DNA of 64,000 nt from Calditrichales bacterium (GTDB taxonomy: Bacteria > Calditrichota > Calditrichia > Calditrichales > J004). Position numbers and translations under genes: made by a program. The stretch spans positions 3,360,001-3,424,000 of the forward strand of contig OZ254086.1 of assembly GCA_965267575.1 (NCBI GenBank). The letters run 5' to 3'. The notes below the pieces were generated by a model that saw only the letters and a list, made by a program, of their open reading frames with translations, had not been told where the DNA came from and made no database searches. This document shows, piece after piece, positions 20,719 through 30,712 of this stretch (within the stretch, counting starts at the first letter, position 1; the number at the start of each line of letters is the position of its first letter).

Positions 20719-20820
20719 CTGATTGTTCCGCGTACGCACGGGCCGTGCGGATCGGCTAATCGACGAAGCCGGCCTTATCCATTACTTTGGTAATCTCACC
20801 CCTCGCCACCTCAATATTTA

Positions 20821-20846
20821 TGTAACAATCCTAATTGCTAAACGTA
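20821..20846 (+). promoter_or_regulatory. Candidate ECF sigma promoter
   Basis: TGTAAC-N16-CGTA upstream of the MFP gene. Confidence 0.5.
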
Positions 20847-20910
20847 AAGACCCATTGTTTGTAACCCACTTTCAAATCGCAAAATATGTGTCTCAGGGAG
20901 GTCAGCCGAT

Positions 20911-22011
20911 ATGAAATCCAAGAAGAAAAAAATTGTTATATGGAGCAGTGTTGCCGCTGTCGTGCTCATAGTTGCGGTAGTGGCGCTATTCGCTAATTCC
21001 GCTGAAGAGGGAAACGGGCGCAGCACCGTAAAAGTTGAAAGGAAGACTATCGTTGATAAGGCGTTGGCGGTTGGTTCAATCGAGCCGCTGAATGAGATCG
21101 ACGTGAAGTCCAAGGTCTCCGGCGTGGTTGGCAAGCTGTATGCCGATGTTGGCGATTTTGTGAGCGCCGGTGAGCCGCTGGTGGAAGTAAAGCCCGATCC
21201 GACGCCCCTGGAGCTGGCCCAGGCCAAACGTGACGTGGAAATGGCCAACATTGAGCTGCAGACGCTGGAAAAAGAACTGCAACGCAGCAAAGAACTGAAA
21301 GCCCAGGGTTATATTTCCGACCAGGATTACGAAGTACTGGAACGGCAATATGACGAAGCCGAGCTGCGCGTTAAGATAGCCAACGAAAAGCTGGATCTTA
21401 CCGAAAAGGGCAAAGCAAAAATCGCCGACACCAGCATCGAGACGGTCGTTAAATCTCCCATGACCGGTTTTATCCTGGAAAAAAATGTAAATCTGGGCGA
21501 CCCTGTCGTACCGCTGACGTCTTATCAGCCCGGTACGCCCATTATGCGTATGGCAGACATGGAAGACCTTTTGTTTAAAGGCACCGTGGATGAGATCGAC
21601 GTGGGCAAAATTAAGGAGGGTATGAACTGCGAGTTGCAGGTGGGCGCTCTTCCCGGCAAGAGCATTACCGGCAACGTAACCCTGATCTCGCTGAAAGCCA
21701 AAAAGGAAGATAATACCACGGTTTTCCCTGTTGAGATAAAAATAGACCAAACCGATGAAGCGTTGCTGCGCGCCGGTTATTCGGCCAATGCCAACATCAT
21801 TATTGCCCAGCGTGACAGCGTGCTGGCCATCCCCGAACGCGTGGTTACATTCCGTAATGATTCCGCTTTCGTAAATATCCCGCAAGGCGAAAATCAATCC
21901 AAAGAAGTTTATATAAAGACCGGTTTAAGCGATGCCATATTTATTGAAGTGCTCGAAGGGCTGGACCTGGGCCAGGAAGTGCTGGAAAAAGAAGTTCAGG
22001 AAATCATTTAA
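20911..22011 (+). CDS. MacA-like periplasmic adaptor (membrane fusion protein)
   Basis: N-terminal anchor, VKSKVSG..GDFV lipoyl half, coiled coil, VDEIDVGKI, LAIPE, KTGLSD. Confidence 0.92.
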   Translation: MKSKKKKIVIWSSVAAVVLIVAVVALFANSAEEGNGRSTVKVERKTIVDKALAVGSIEPLNEIDVKSKVSGVVGKLYADVGDFVSAGEPLVEVKPDPTPLELAQAKRDVEMANIELQTLEKELQRSKELKAQGYISDQDYEVLERQYDEAELRVKIANEKLDLTEKGKAKIADTSIETVVKSPMTGFILEKNVNLGDPVVPLTSYQPGTPIMRMADMEDLLFKGTVDEIDVGKIKEGMNCELQVGALPGKSITGNVTLISLKAKKEDNTTVFPVEIKIDQTDEALLRAGYSANANIIIAQRDSVLAIPERVVTFRNDSAFVNIPQGENQSKEVYIKTGLSDAIFIEVLEGLDLGQEVLEKEVQEII

Positions 22012-22032
22012 CGCGGGGCTGAAGGCGAATCC

Positions 22033-23280
22033 ATGTTACACCTGATCGATACGATCCGCGAGATTCTGCGCTACCTGAAGCAGTACAAAGCGCGTACCGC
22101 CATGACCATGTTCGGCCTTATCTGGGGCACGATGACGGTGATTATTCTGCTGGCGTTTGGCGTCGGCGTGCAGAAGCAGATGAGCAAAAATATGCACGGC
22201 ATCGGCGAAGGAATCGCCATTGTCTGGCCGGGCAGCACCAGCATCCCCTTTGAAGGATATGGACGCGACCGCCGCATACGCCTCACCCCCGAAGATATTG
22301 AACTTATCCGCAGCGAGGTGCGAGATATACAGCGGATCAGCCCCGAATACAGTAAATGGGGCTCAATAATCCGCGTCGGCGATCAGATCAACCGTCCCAA
22401 CATCACCGGCATCATTCCTGAATATGGTCCCATGCGCAACATCTGGCCGGAAGACGGCGGGCGTTGGCTCAATGAACTGGATATTGAAAAAAGACGCCGT
22501 GTGGTCTTTATCGGCAACAGGTTGCGCGATTTTCTTTTTGGGGAAAATGCCGATGTCATCGGCAAATATGTTCACATCGACCAGACGCCGTTTCTGGTAG
22601 TGGGCGTGATGCGCGAGAAAACCCAGAACTCATCCTATAATCAACGCGACCGGGACCGGGCCTTTATACCGATGACCACGCATATCGCTCTTTTTGGCGA
22701 TCGTTACCTGGACAATTTTGTTTACCAGATTGACGACCCGCTGAAATCGGAAAACGTGCAAAAGCAGGTTTATGCTACACTGGGCAAAAAATTCAAGTTC
22801 GATCCCAACGATACGGAAACACTGGGCATTTGGGATACGACCAACTTTGACCGTTTCATTTTCTATTTCACGCTGGGCTTTAACATTTTCATGGGTGTTA
22901 TTGGCGTGATCACGCTGATCGTTGGCGGCATCGGGCTGGCCAATATCATGTACGTGGTTGTGCAGGAGCGCACCCGCGAGATAGGGATTCGCCGCTCGGT
23001 CGGCGCCAAACGCAAAAATATTCTGGGACAGTTTCTGCTGGAGGCGTTTGTGATAATCGGTATGGGCGCGTTGATCGGTTTTGCGCTGGCGGTTGGGATT
23101 ATTTACGGGTTCAACGCATTGCCCCTGGATGAATTTAAGGAAGCGGTGGGTGCGCCGCAGCTCAACTGGATGGTGGCTGTTGTTACCGTCTTTGTACTTA
23201 GTACCATTGGCTTCCTGGCCGGCTATTTCCCGGCCCGCCGTGCATCCCGGCTGAACGTTGTCGATTGCCTGCGCTTTTAA
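22033..23280 (+). CDS. ABC transporter permease, MacB/FtsX family
   Basis: One TM, a periplasmic domain, then VGGIGLANIMYVVVQERTREIGIRRSVGA and GYFPARRAS. Confidence 0.93.
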   Translation: MLHLIDTIREILRYLKQYKARTAMTMFGLIWGTMTVIILLAFGVGVQKQMSKNMHGIGEGIAIVWPGSTSIPFEGYGRDRRIRLTPEDIELIRSEVRDIQRISPEYSKWGSIIRVGDQINRPNITGIIPEYGPMRNIWPEDGGRWLNELDIEKRRRVVFIGNRLRDFLFGENADVIGKYVHIDQTPFLVVGVMREKTQNSSYNQRDRDRAFIPMTTHIALFGDRYLDNFVYQIDDPLKSENVQKQVYATLGKKFKFDPNDTETLGIWDTTNFDRFIFYFTLGFNIFMGVIGVITLIVGGIGLANIMYVVVQERTREIGIRRSVGAKRKNILGQFLLEAFVIIGMGALIGFALAVGIIYGFNALPLDEFKEAVGAPQLNWMVAVVTVFVLSTIGFLAGYFPARRASRLNVVDCLRF

Positions 23281-23295
23281 TAAAGGATTCTGATT

Positions 23296-24540
23296 ATGTC
23301 ATTCCTGATGCTTTTACGCGAATTTATCGAAGATATCAAAACGCAGAAAACACGCGCTTTTCTGACCATTGTCGCCATCTCCTGGGGCATTCTGGCAGTT
23401 ACGCTGCTGATGGCTTTTGGTGAAGGACTCTCTTTTCGCATGCGCGAAGGACTGCTCAATGCGGGCGATCGCATTATTCGCGTTTATAATGGCCAGACAA
23501 CCAAGAAATTTGAAGGCTTGCCGGTTGGGCGTCGTATTTTATTGAAAGAGGAAGATTGCCGCGTAATCGAGCAAAATATCCCGCAGGTGGCCGTCGCCGT
23601 TCCCGGACTTGGCAAATATGCCAGACTCAAAGCGGGTGATAAAGTGTCATCCACGCATATGGAAGGCGTCTATCCCGAGTTTGAATTTTTGCGTCGCACT
23701 TTTCACGATGAAGGCGGACGCTTTCTGAATGAAAAGGATATGCTGGAACGCAAACGGGTTGTCTTTTTAGGAAGCAAAATCGCCGAAGAGCTTTTTGGAA
23801 ATCCCAATCCGATCGGCGAAACGGTTAAGATAGACGGTATGCCGTTTAAAGTGGTCGGTACTATGCCACCCAAGATGCAGACCTCCATGAACAATGGCCC
23901 CGATGACCGTCGCGCCATCATTCCCTTTACGACATTCCAAAGCATTTACGGCGACAAATACCTGGACGAGATGATCGTGAAACCTGCACGGGCCGAACAC
24001 GGCGCCTACGTAGAACAGGAGATACGTCGTGTACTGGGGAAAAAGTACCAGTTTGACCCGACCGATGAGCGTGCCGTACCGATGTGGAATTTCATCGAAA
24101 ACGAAAAGGAAGGCGAAAAAGTCTTCCGCGGGATCAATATTTTCCTTGCCGTCATCGGTTCCATGACATTGATTATTGCGGGCGTGGGTGTGGCCAATAT
24201 TATGTACGTGGTGGCCAAGGAGCGCACAAAAGAAATCGGCATAAAGAGGGCCGTGGGCGCGCGTAAAAGCTACATCATCTTTCAATTTATTTTTGAATCT
24301 TTGCTGATTGCCTTTATCGGCGGCGGTATAGGACTGCTCGTTTCTTTCGGTGTCATAGAGGGTATGTGGATGATCCCTGCGGAAGATGGCGCTATGCAGT
24401 TTCTGGGGCGCCCGATCCTTTCAGGCAGCGTCATTTTTGTTTCTGTGGGATTGCTCTGCGCGATTGGTCTGCTGGCCGGGCTATTTCCGGCGCGAAAAGC
24501 GGCCAACATCAGCCCGGTCGATGCGTTGCGCTATGAATAA
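23296..24540 (+). CDS. ABC transporter permease, MacB/FtsX family
   Basis: GVGVANIMYVVAKERTKEIGIKRAVGA, GLFPARKAA..PVDALRYE. Confidence 0.93.
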   Translation: MSFLMLLREFIEDIKTQKTRAFLTIVAISWGILAVTLLMAFGEGLSFRMREGLLNAGDRIIRVYNGQTTKKFEGLPVGRRILLKEEDCRVIEQNIPQVAVAVPGLGKYARLKAGDKVSSTHMEGVYPEFEFLRRTFHDEGGRFLNEKDMLERKRVVFLGSKIAEELFGNPNPIGETVKIDGMPFKVVGTMPPKMQTSMNNGPDDRRAIIPFTTFQSIYGDKYLDEMIVKPARAEHGAYVEQEIRRVLGKKYQFDPTDERAVPMWNFIENEKEGEKVFRGINIFLAVIGSMTLIIAGVGVANIMYVVAKERTKEIGIKRAVGARKSYIIFQFIFESLLIAFIGGGIGLLVSFGVIEGMWMIPAEDGAMQFLGRPILSGSVIFVSVGLLCAIGLLAGLFPARKAANISPVDALRYE

Positions 24541-24547
24541 TAGCGTT

Positions 24548-24838
24548 TTAATGGCCTTCTTGTTTTATGTCCAGGATTATTCCATTAAGCCTGGTGGCAA
24601 TAAGGTTAAAAAGGGCTGCTTCAATTAGGCCTAAGATTAGTCCAGACAAACCAAATAGTACGGGTATTCCCACGAGTGCCAGCATTGCTAAATAGCTGCC
24701 TGTGTTCAAGCCAGTGGTCAAGATATCATAGAGAGCACCGCCAAAAGAATATAAAATACCGGCGCAGGCGCCGACTAGGGCCAAAAGTATGGCTTGCAGC
24801 CGCGCGAAATTAAAAACATCTATACGGGTTGCTGACAT
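24548..24838 (-). CDS. Small membrane protein (DUF3566-like topology)
   Basis: AGGAGG before ATG 24838, two hydrophobic helices, FNLIA..L.GI.LD tail. Confidence 0.7.
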   Translation of the reverse strand: MSATRIDVFNFARLQAILLALVGACAGILYSFGGALYDILTTGLNTGSYLAMLALVGIPVLFGLSGLILGLIEAALFNLIATRLNGIILDIKQEGH

Positions 24839-24860
24839 CTGTTTCCTCCTGCAGGTTATA

Positions 24861-25388
24861 TTACAAACGAAGTGCGACCCCAATGGCAATGCCCCCGGAA
24901 TCAATATTCAAATTCTCTGTCCCGCTCTTTTTAGGGAAGTTGATGTAATCAAGTAAATCTCGTGAATGCCTGTAGAAATATTCCAGCTCTACGGAAATCA
25001 ATTTATGCCCTCCCGATGGAAAGTCTATATTAATCCCTACCGCTCCTGTCGCCGAGATATTGTCCAGAAAAGCGCTTCCAATCCGGGCTGATGTATTTAT
25101 AGCAAAGTTTTCCTCAAAGGGATAAAAGAGTAAACCCGCGGCATAGTTCCATTCTGCAAAAAAGCTACTTAGCCCCCAGGTCATCTGCCCCCCATATTTA
25201 AATTGCAGTGATTTTGCCAAAAGAATACGTGCTTCAATCAAAGGAATATCGGCCATTAAAAAGCTGGCTTCATCCATTTGTCGAAGGCTTGCTCCGAGCA
25301 TATAGCCGTCAAATTTCGCAGGTTCAGGTGGTGGTTGTGCCCAGACGAAAATGATAAAAAGCAAAACGATATACGCTGTTTTTTTCAT
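24861..25388 (-). CDS. Hypothetical secreted protein, possibly a small outer-membrane beta-barrel
   Basis: Signal peptide MKKTAYIVLL..., alternating beta-strand pattern ending GIAIGVALRL. Confidence 0.6.
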   Translation of the reverse strand: MKKTAYIVLLFIIFVWAQPPPEPAKFDGYMLGASLRQMDEASFLMADIPLIEARILLAKSLQFKYGGQMTWGLSSFFAEWNYAAGLLFYPFEENFAINTSARIGSAFLDNISATGAVGINIDFPSGGHKLISVELEYFYRHSRDLLDYINFPKKSGTENLNIDSGGIAIGVALRL

Positions 25389-25431
25389 GATACCCCGCAT
25401 TAAAATAGGATATAAAAATAACAGCAACGGC

Positions 25432-26499
25432 TTATTTAATTAGCAGCATTTTTTTTGATCGCTGCATAGGCCCTGCTTGCAGACGGTATACATAAACACC
25501 GCTATTCAGTTCCTTAGCGTTAAAATTCACGCTGTGCTCACCGGCTGCAATAAGCCCTGAAACCGGGGTAGCGACAAGGCGTCCGGCGAGGTCATAAACC
25601 GTAATGGTTACAAAAGCACGCTGCGCGATAGAAAATTCGATGCGCGTGGTAGGGTTAAATGGGTTGGGGAAATTGCCTTTCAGTGATAAAGCGGTCGGTT
25701 GCTGAAGACTGCTTATGGAAGTAGCGCCTTCAACGAAAATTTCAAAATATGCTGTATCCTGCTGGATGATAAGGCCGCTGTCTCGAACAGAAACGTCAAA
25801 GGAATATGTGCCGGCATGCTGAGGTGTCCCGCTGATTTGCCCTGAGAGGCTGTCTAGAACCAGCCCGTCTGGCAAGCTACCGCTAGCAAGATTCCAGGTG
25901 TAGGGCGGCGTGCCCCCGCTTACCCGCAACGCTGCCTGGTAACTCTCAGCGACAGTAGCATCCGCCAGCTCTTGTTGTTCAATCCGCAGGTCTTGCTCGA
26001 TAAAGTCTACAACTAGTGCCTGATCAGACGTGGCAAAGGCGTTTCCGTTTGCGCCAAAGTAGCCCACCCAATGCGCGTTTTCCAGGGCGTAGCTTTCTGC
26101 CGTTTGTGATGACAGCCAAAACGTGGCGAGCAGCGTATCGCCCGGCGCGAGAGCGTTGTTTTCCGTGAAAGCGGGTGGGGTCTCTAAAATTGTGCGGTGG
26201 GTGCTGGCTCCGGCATAAAGGGCGCCGCTGCCGGTTATTTCATGACTCGTGGAAGCAATTACGGAAGAATTTATTTTAATCTTTCCAATGGCGACATCAA
26301 GGCCGGCCGGGATATTTTCGCAAAAGTAAAAACCGCGCAGCGTGTCAGCCTCGTGGTTGATAAACCTCAGCGTTAATTGAACGGAATCACCGCTAAACAC
26401 AGCCTGCGCTGAGAGGATGCGTTGCCAGCCGACATTATGTGTGCTTCCCGCCAGCGTTATGCTCAGCCCCAGCAACAGGGCCCACATCAGCCGGCGCAT
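25432..26499 (-). CDS. Secreted protein with a putative Ig (He_PIG) domain and a C-terminal sorting domain
   Basis: GGTPPYTW...GSLPDGLVL...GQISGTP; NFPNPFNPTT...GVYVYRL...KMLLIK. Confidence 0.82.
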   Translation of the reverse strand: MRRLMWALLLGLSITLAGSTHNVGWQRILSAQAVFSGDSVQLTLRFINHEADTLRGFYFCENIPAGLDVAIGKIKINSSVIASTSHEITGSGALYAGASTHRTILETPPAFTENNALAPGDTLLATFWLSSQTAESYALENAHWVGYFGANGNAFATSDQALVVDFIEQDLRIEQQELADATVAESYQAALRVSGGTPPYTWNLASGSLPDGLVLDSLSGQISGTPQHAGTYSFDVSVRDSGLIIQQDTAYFEIFVEGATSISSLQQPTALSLKGNFPNPFNPTTRIEFSIAQRAFVTITVYDLAGRLVATPVSGLIAAGEHSVNFNAKELNSGVYVYRLQAGPMQRSKKMLLIK

Positions 26500-27755
26500 T
26501 ATCCCTGCTCCATGTATTGGCGGATCAATTCTTTTACTTCTTCTTCCGTGGCTTTACCCTCGCGGTATTCTTTTATTTTGCGGTCAATGTCCAGGCGGTT
26601 GACATCGGGGTCGTTGAAATCGTAAGCAATCACCTCATACAGGTCGGGATCAATTGTGCCGATGCCACCCTGGATGCATCCGGTGATCTGTTTGCGCGTA
26701 TTGTTATCGTTTTCCGGATTCAGGAAAGGAGCATACGGTGAAATCACGTCACGACAGGCGACATAATCCAGCGTGGCCGGGTTCTCACAAGCTAGTACGG
26801 TTTTGGTTTCGGTCGCTTCACCGGTGCGCGAGTAATGGCCTGACCACATGGCCGCGGTAATGTACAATACCGGGCTGTACATCGTTTGAATGTAACGGGC
26901 TACAAGACGTCCGCAGTAATCGGCACGATCGCGCGAAAACGATGAACGGTGAATATTGGCGTAATCGCGGAAGCGGTCGCCGGCACCGTAATGGATCTCC
27001 GTAGCGCCATAAAAGCTCTTAATGGCACTGGTGATTCCGGAATAATCTTCTTCTCCCTTGCCGTGGTTGTTTAGAGTGGGGACAAAAATAGCTTTAACTT
27101 TACGCCCCGTATAGGAGCCGTTTTCCCAAACACCGTTTTTCATATCCAGCATACGACCCGGGTTAAGAGGCGATTCAAAAATTGGATAGGAGAGGTACGT
27201 ATCCAAACCGTCAAAAGTAAACCAATCGCGTATCCAGCCTTCGCCATCCTGCGGTCCCGCAATGTCACCCTCGCTGCTGTACCAGCGTTTGACCGATACA
27301 GGCTTGCCGTTCTGCTGGTATTCTTCGGCTAATGTCGTCCAGTTGTGATCGGGCCAGTTATGCGTCCGGCCGCTGCCTTCCACGTTAAAGGCGTAGTTTT
27401 TCTCCGAACCATACGCTTGCACGTTGTCGGCAATTATCACTTCACCGGAAAACCCTTCTATGGCGAGAATATGATCAACCACGCCTTTTATAACGCCTGT
27501 GTGCGTATAGCCCTGCTTTTGCCATTGCGCGTTGCCCTTGATAACCACAACGTCCGTCGGATCGATATATTTGCGAATGTCGATCAGTTCGAACAGCTTA
27601 TCCACGTTTTGGAAGCAATCGCCATTCATGATCTTGTAAACCTGTACTTTATTCTGTTGGGCGATGAGCGCGTCCCAACGTTTGAAGAAGACGGGAGAAA
27701 GCGTAATGGCGCCGGCGCCAATGCCCAGGCTTTTGATAAACTCGCGACGTTTCAT
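26499..27755 (-). CDS. Tat-exported DUF362-like protein
   Basis: MKRREFIK Tat motif, VVIKGN, PTLNNH, SAIKSFYG, NPATLDYVA. Confidence 0.7.
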   Translation of the reverse strand: MKRREFIKSLGIGAGAITLSPVFFKRWDALIAQQNKVQVYKIMNGDCFQNVDKLFELIDIRKYIDPTDVVVIKGNAQWQKQGYTHTGVIKGVVDHILAIEGFSGEVIIADNVQAYGSEKNYAFNVEGSGRTHNWPDHNWTTLAEEYQQNGKPVSVKRWYSSEGDIAGPQDGEGWIRDWFTFDGLDTYLSYPIFESPLNPGRMLDMKNGVWENGSYTGRKVKAIFVPTLNNHGKGEEDYSGITSAIKSFYGATEIHYGAGDRFRDYANIHRSSFSRDRADYCGRLVARYIQTMYSPVLYITAAMWSGHYSRTGEATETKTVLACENPATLDYVACRDVISPYAPFLNPENDNNTRKQITGCIQGGIGTIDPDLYEVIAYDFNDPDVNRLDIDRKIKEYREGKATEEEVKELIRQYMEQG

Positions 27756-27939
27756 GGTGGTCCTTTCTGCAGGGTCAGGATAATGTAGCTAATTGATAAA
27801 GCAAAAAGTAGGGAATCGCGATTTTAGTATTTGAAAATGTTAAGTGCTATTAAATGACTTCCTGAGTTTGAGTTTAAACAATTGTAGGTGGATGCGTGGT
27901 TAACTTTTTGATTTCTCCAAACATTGCTAATTATTTCAT

Positions 27940-27965
27940 TGTAACCTTTTAATAAGCCCCACGTA
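27940..27965 (+). promoter_or_regulatory. Candidate ECF sigma promoter
   Basis: TGTAAC-N16-CGTA upstream of the serine hydrolase gene. Confidence 0.5.
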
Positions 27966-28023
27966 GCCATGATTCAACCCACAAATAATAGGCTTATCAT
28001 ATTTAACCCGCGGAGGTATACGT

Positions 28024-29136
28024 ATGTCTTTTTCTATAAAGCAGACGCCATTTCTTATGCTAATTATTTTAATCCTTTCATTATCCACAGCCGGACAATC
28101 GCAAATTAATAACGCTCCGGTAAAAACACTTGCCGGCGAATCTGTAACTGCCAACGAACTTGATGATACAATCCAGTCGATAATGGAAAAGCTGGATATG
28201 CCCGGTCTTTCAATTGCGATCATAAATGATGCTGAAGTTGCTTATTATAATGTATTTGGCGTTACAAACATGGAAACAAAAGAAAAGGTTACCAAAAAAA
28301 CAATCTTTGAAGGTGCATCGTTGTCCAAACCTATTTTCGCCTGGTTTGCATTAAAGATGGCAGATAAAGGGTTTTTGGATTTAGATAAACCGCTTTATGA
28401 GTACCTGCCTCACCCTGGTATTGCGGAAGAATCCCAGGAAGATTATAAACTGATAACCGCCAGAATGGTATTAGCGCATAGCACCGGATTCCCTAATCAT
28501 AGTGGTGGAAAAAAGATAGCCCTTAAATTTAAACCCGGTACGGATTTTTCATATTCGGGAGAAGCCTATCAATATTTGGCGGCTATTATCGGCCAGCTAA
28601 ACGGAGTCGGTTGGCAGGAAGACCTGAATCGCGTTTTCCAGGAAACGGTTACGCAGCCTTTGGGAATGGAGAATACCTCATTTGTTTGGAGTGATTACTT
28701 TGAAAAACATAAAGCGTACGGGCACAAGGATGGTACACCCACAGACAATAGCACCGGCGGCTGGGACGGTAAAACGTTTTTTGCTTTTTCCAGCCTTCAC
28801 AGCGAAGCGCGGGAGTATTCCCGGTTTGTTCAGGCTATTTTGAAAGGTGAAGGGCTTAAAGACGACACGTACAACGACATGTTTAAGTCGCATACGATTT
28901 TTAATGAAGATACGGAACTCAGAAAGGAAACAGGCCAGACAGGGTGGGGACTCGGATTTGCCCAAAAACCATCACCGTATGGCATGATGCACCTGCACAC
29001 TGGCAATAACCATGATTTTCAGGCTTATGTTATGATTGTTCCCGAGCGGCAATATGGGCTGGTTTTGTTTTCTAACTCCGGCAAAATGCTCGATTTTATA
29101 AATGAGTTGGAAGACACGCTGGGAGACCAGTTCTAA
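28024..29136 (+). CDS. Secreted serine hydrolase, beta-lactamase class C/AmpC-like
   Basis: F.GASLSK (SxxK), L.HSTGFPN, FSYSGEAY, HTG motif. Confidence 0.9.
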   Translation: MSFSIKQTPFLMLIILILSLSTAGQSQINNAPVKTLAGESVTANELDDTIQSIMEKLDMPGLSIAIINDAEVAYYNVFGVTNMETKEKVTKKTIFEGASLSKPIFAWFALKMADKGFLDLDKPLYEYLPHPGIAEESQEDYKLITARMVLAHSTGFPNHSGGKKIALKFKPGTDFSYSGEAYQYLAAIIGQLNGVGWQEDLNRVFQETVTQPLGMENTSFVWSDYFEKHKAYGHKDGTPTDNSTGGWDGKTFFAFSSLHSEAREYSRFVQAILKGEGLKDDTYNDMFKSHTIFNEDTELRKETGQTGWGLGFAQKPSPYGMMHLHTGNNHDFQAYVMIVPERQYGLVLFSNSGKMLDFINELEDTLGDQF

Positions 29137-29163
29137 AAGGTAACGATAAAATCGTGTTAGTAG

Positions 29164-29196
29164 AAGGCTGTTGCTTTAACGCACCAGCCTTTTTTT
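29164..29196 (+). terminator. Intrinsic terminator
   Basis: AAGGCTG...CAGCCTT stem plus a T-run. Confidence 0.75.
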
Positions 29197-29292
29197 CCTT
29201 AAGCGCGACGTTCTTGAAGGTTTCCAAGGGAATGTAATTTAGTTCGGTTTGGTTTTGGAATTAATAAATCTAAAATCAAACTAAGGAAAATT

Positions 29293-30027
29293 ATGAAAAA
29301 AGATATTCGAATCCGGCGCAGCAAAGAACGCGGTTTTGAGGATTTCGGCTGGACTGACAACTGGATGACATTCTCTTTTGCCAATTACCATGATCCGGAG
29401 TGGATGCATTTTGGTCCGTTGCGCGTGATTGTTGAAAACCATATCCAACCGCATTCAGGATTCCAGGCCCATCCCCACCGTGATATGGAGATTGTCACTT
29501 ACGTATCCAGCGGCGTGCTGACACATGGCGATAACATGGGCAACAAAGAGCCCATCCCGGCCGGAGCGATGCAGCGGCTTAGCGCCGGAACAGGCATTGT
29601 GCATAGCGAGATGAACGAACACGATCAAGTGGAACACAACGTTCAAATCTGGATACTGCCGGATAAGCAGGGCAGGGAGCCGGGCTACCAGGTTAAACGC
29701 TTCAGCCGCGACGAACTGACCGACACACTTCAGCTTTATATCTCACAAAACGGCCGCGACGGTTCCATGCATATTAACCAGGATGTGGAATTGTATGCGG
29801 GCATTTTGTCCGCCGGCAGACAATACGATCATGAATTGAAGTCACATCGCGGCGCCTGGATTCAAATCGTCCACGGTAAGCTGGAAGTGAACGGTGACCT
29901 TGTTTTGGATAAAGGTGATGGCTGCGGAATTACAAATATCGGTGGGCTTCATTTAAAAGCATTGGCAGAAACAGAATTGGTCCTGTTTGATATGGCTATG
30001 GATTTTGAAACGCCTTACCGGTTGTAA
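29293..30027 (+). CDS. Pirin family protein (YhhW-like)
   Basis: FSFANYHDP, FGPLRV, HPHRDMEIVTYV, AGTGIVHSE, QIWILP. Confidence 0.93.
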   Translation: MKKDIRIRRSKERGFEDFGWTDNWMTFSFANYHDPEWMHFGPLRVIVENHIQPHSGFQAHPHRDMEIVTYVSSGVLTHGDNMGNKEPIPAGAMQRLSAGTGIVHSEMNEHDQVEHNVQIWILPDKQGREPGYQVKRFSRDELTDTLQLYISQNGRDGSMHINQDVELYAGILSAGRQYDHELKSHRGAWIQIVHGKLEVNGDLVLDKGDGCGITNIGGLHLKALAETELVLFDMAMDFETPYRL

Positions 30028-30105
30028 GCAATCTTAGACTTAAGACTCTTTAATTAGAATGCTGTTAATCAGGATGCTGTCAAAAATATTTAAGGCAGAA
30101 CGTCT

Positions 30106-30621
30106 TTATGTTCGTATCGAAAATTTTGAACGCTCGTTAAAATCATCTCCCGTCAAATAGGAAAAAAGGTCGTTGACCCGTTTTCTGGCGAAAAGACGGG
30201 TGGTAAAATGAGCAAAGGTCGCAATGCCTACATAAAGCCCCAGGATTATCAGACCTTCAAGCAAAGCCTCGGAGACGGAGCCGGTGCTGATCACGCTCAG
30301 CTTGAGAATTACAAAAAAAAGAGCGATCAGTAACAAGTCCACATAGCGCTGACTTTTCAATAAACGGAATCGTACGTCCACTTTGGTTTTTTCTTCTTCA
30401 CGTAATGAGACGGCCAGATCGAGATTTTGCAGGGTAGCGCCTTTTTGAAGTGTGAGCTTAATAGGGTTTTCCTCAGACACTTTTCCTTTAAACGTATAAA
30501 TCCCGGACGGAACATTCTTGTTCTCATCTTCCGGCTCCTCGGTGATACTGCGAATGCGTTTGGTTAATTCTTTAATGCCGTATTTCGAGGTAAACCGTGC
30601 TTTTTGATATTTGAGCCACAT
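30106..30621 (-). CDS. Hypothetical membrane protein
   Basis: 171-aa ORF with two C-terminal TM helices. Confidence 0.65.
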   Translation of the reverse strand: MWLKYQKARFTSKYGIKELTKRIRSITEEPEDENKNVPSGIYTFKGKVSEENPIKLTLQKGATLQNLDLAVSLREEEKTKVDVRFRLLKSQRYVDLLLIALFFVILKLSVISTGSVSEALLEGLIILGLYVGIATFAHFTTRLFARKRVNDLFSYLTGDDFNERSKFSIRT

Positions 30622-30712
30622 ATGCCAAATCCGTTTATTTTACTTAAGTTTTTTGCTAACTACTGTCACCGCCTGATATTCCGATTTTGTTCATTTTAGC
30701 TTCTCATCCAGG

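Noticed and set aside
20723..20914. 63-aa ORF and small hairpin (CGCACG/CGTGCG) between the reductase and MFP genes
   Set aside because: TTG start without an RBS, overlapping the candidate promoter; the hairpin has no T-run and no recognisable riboswitch features.
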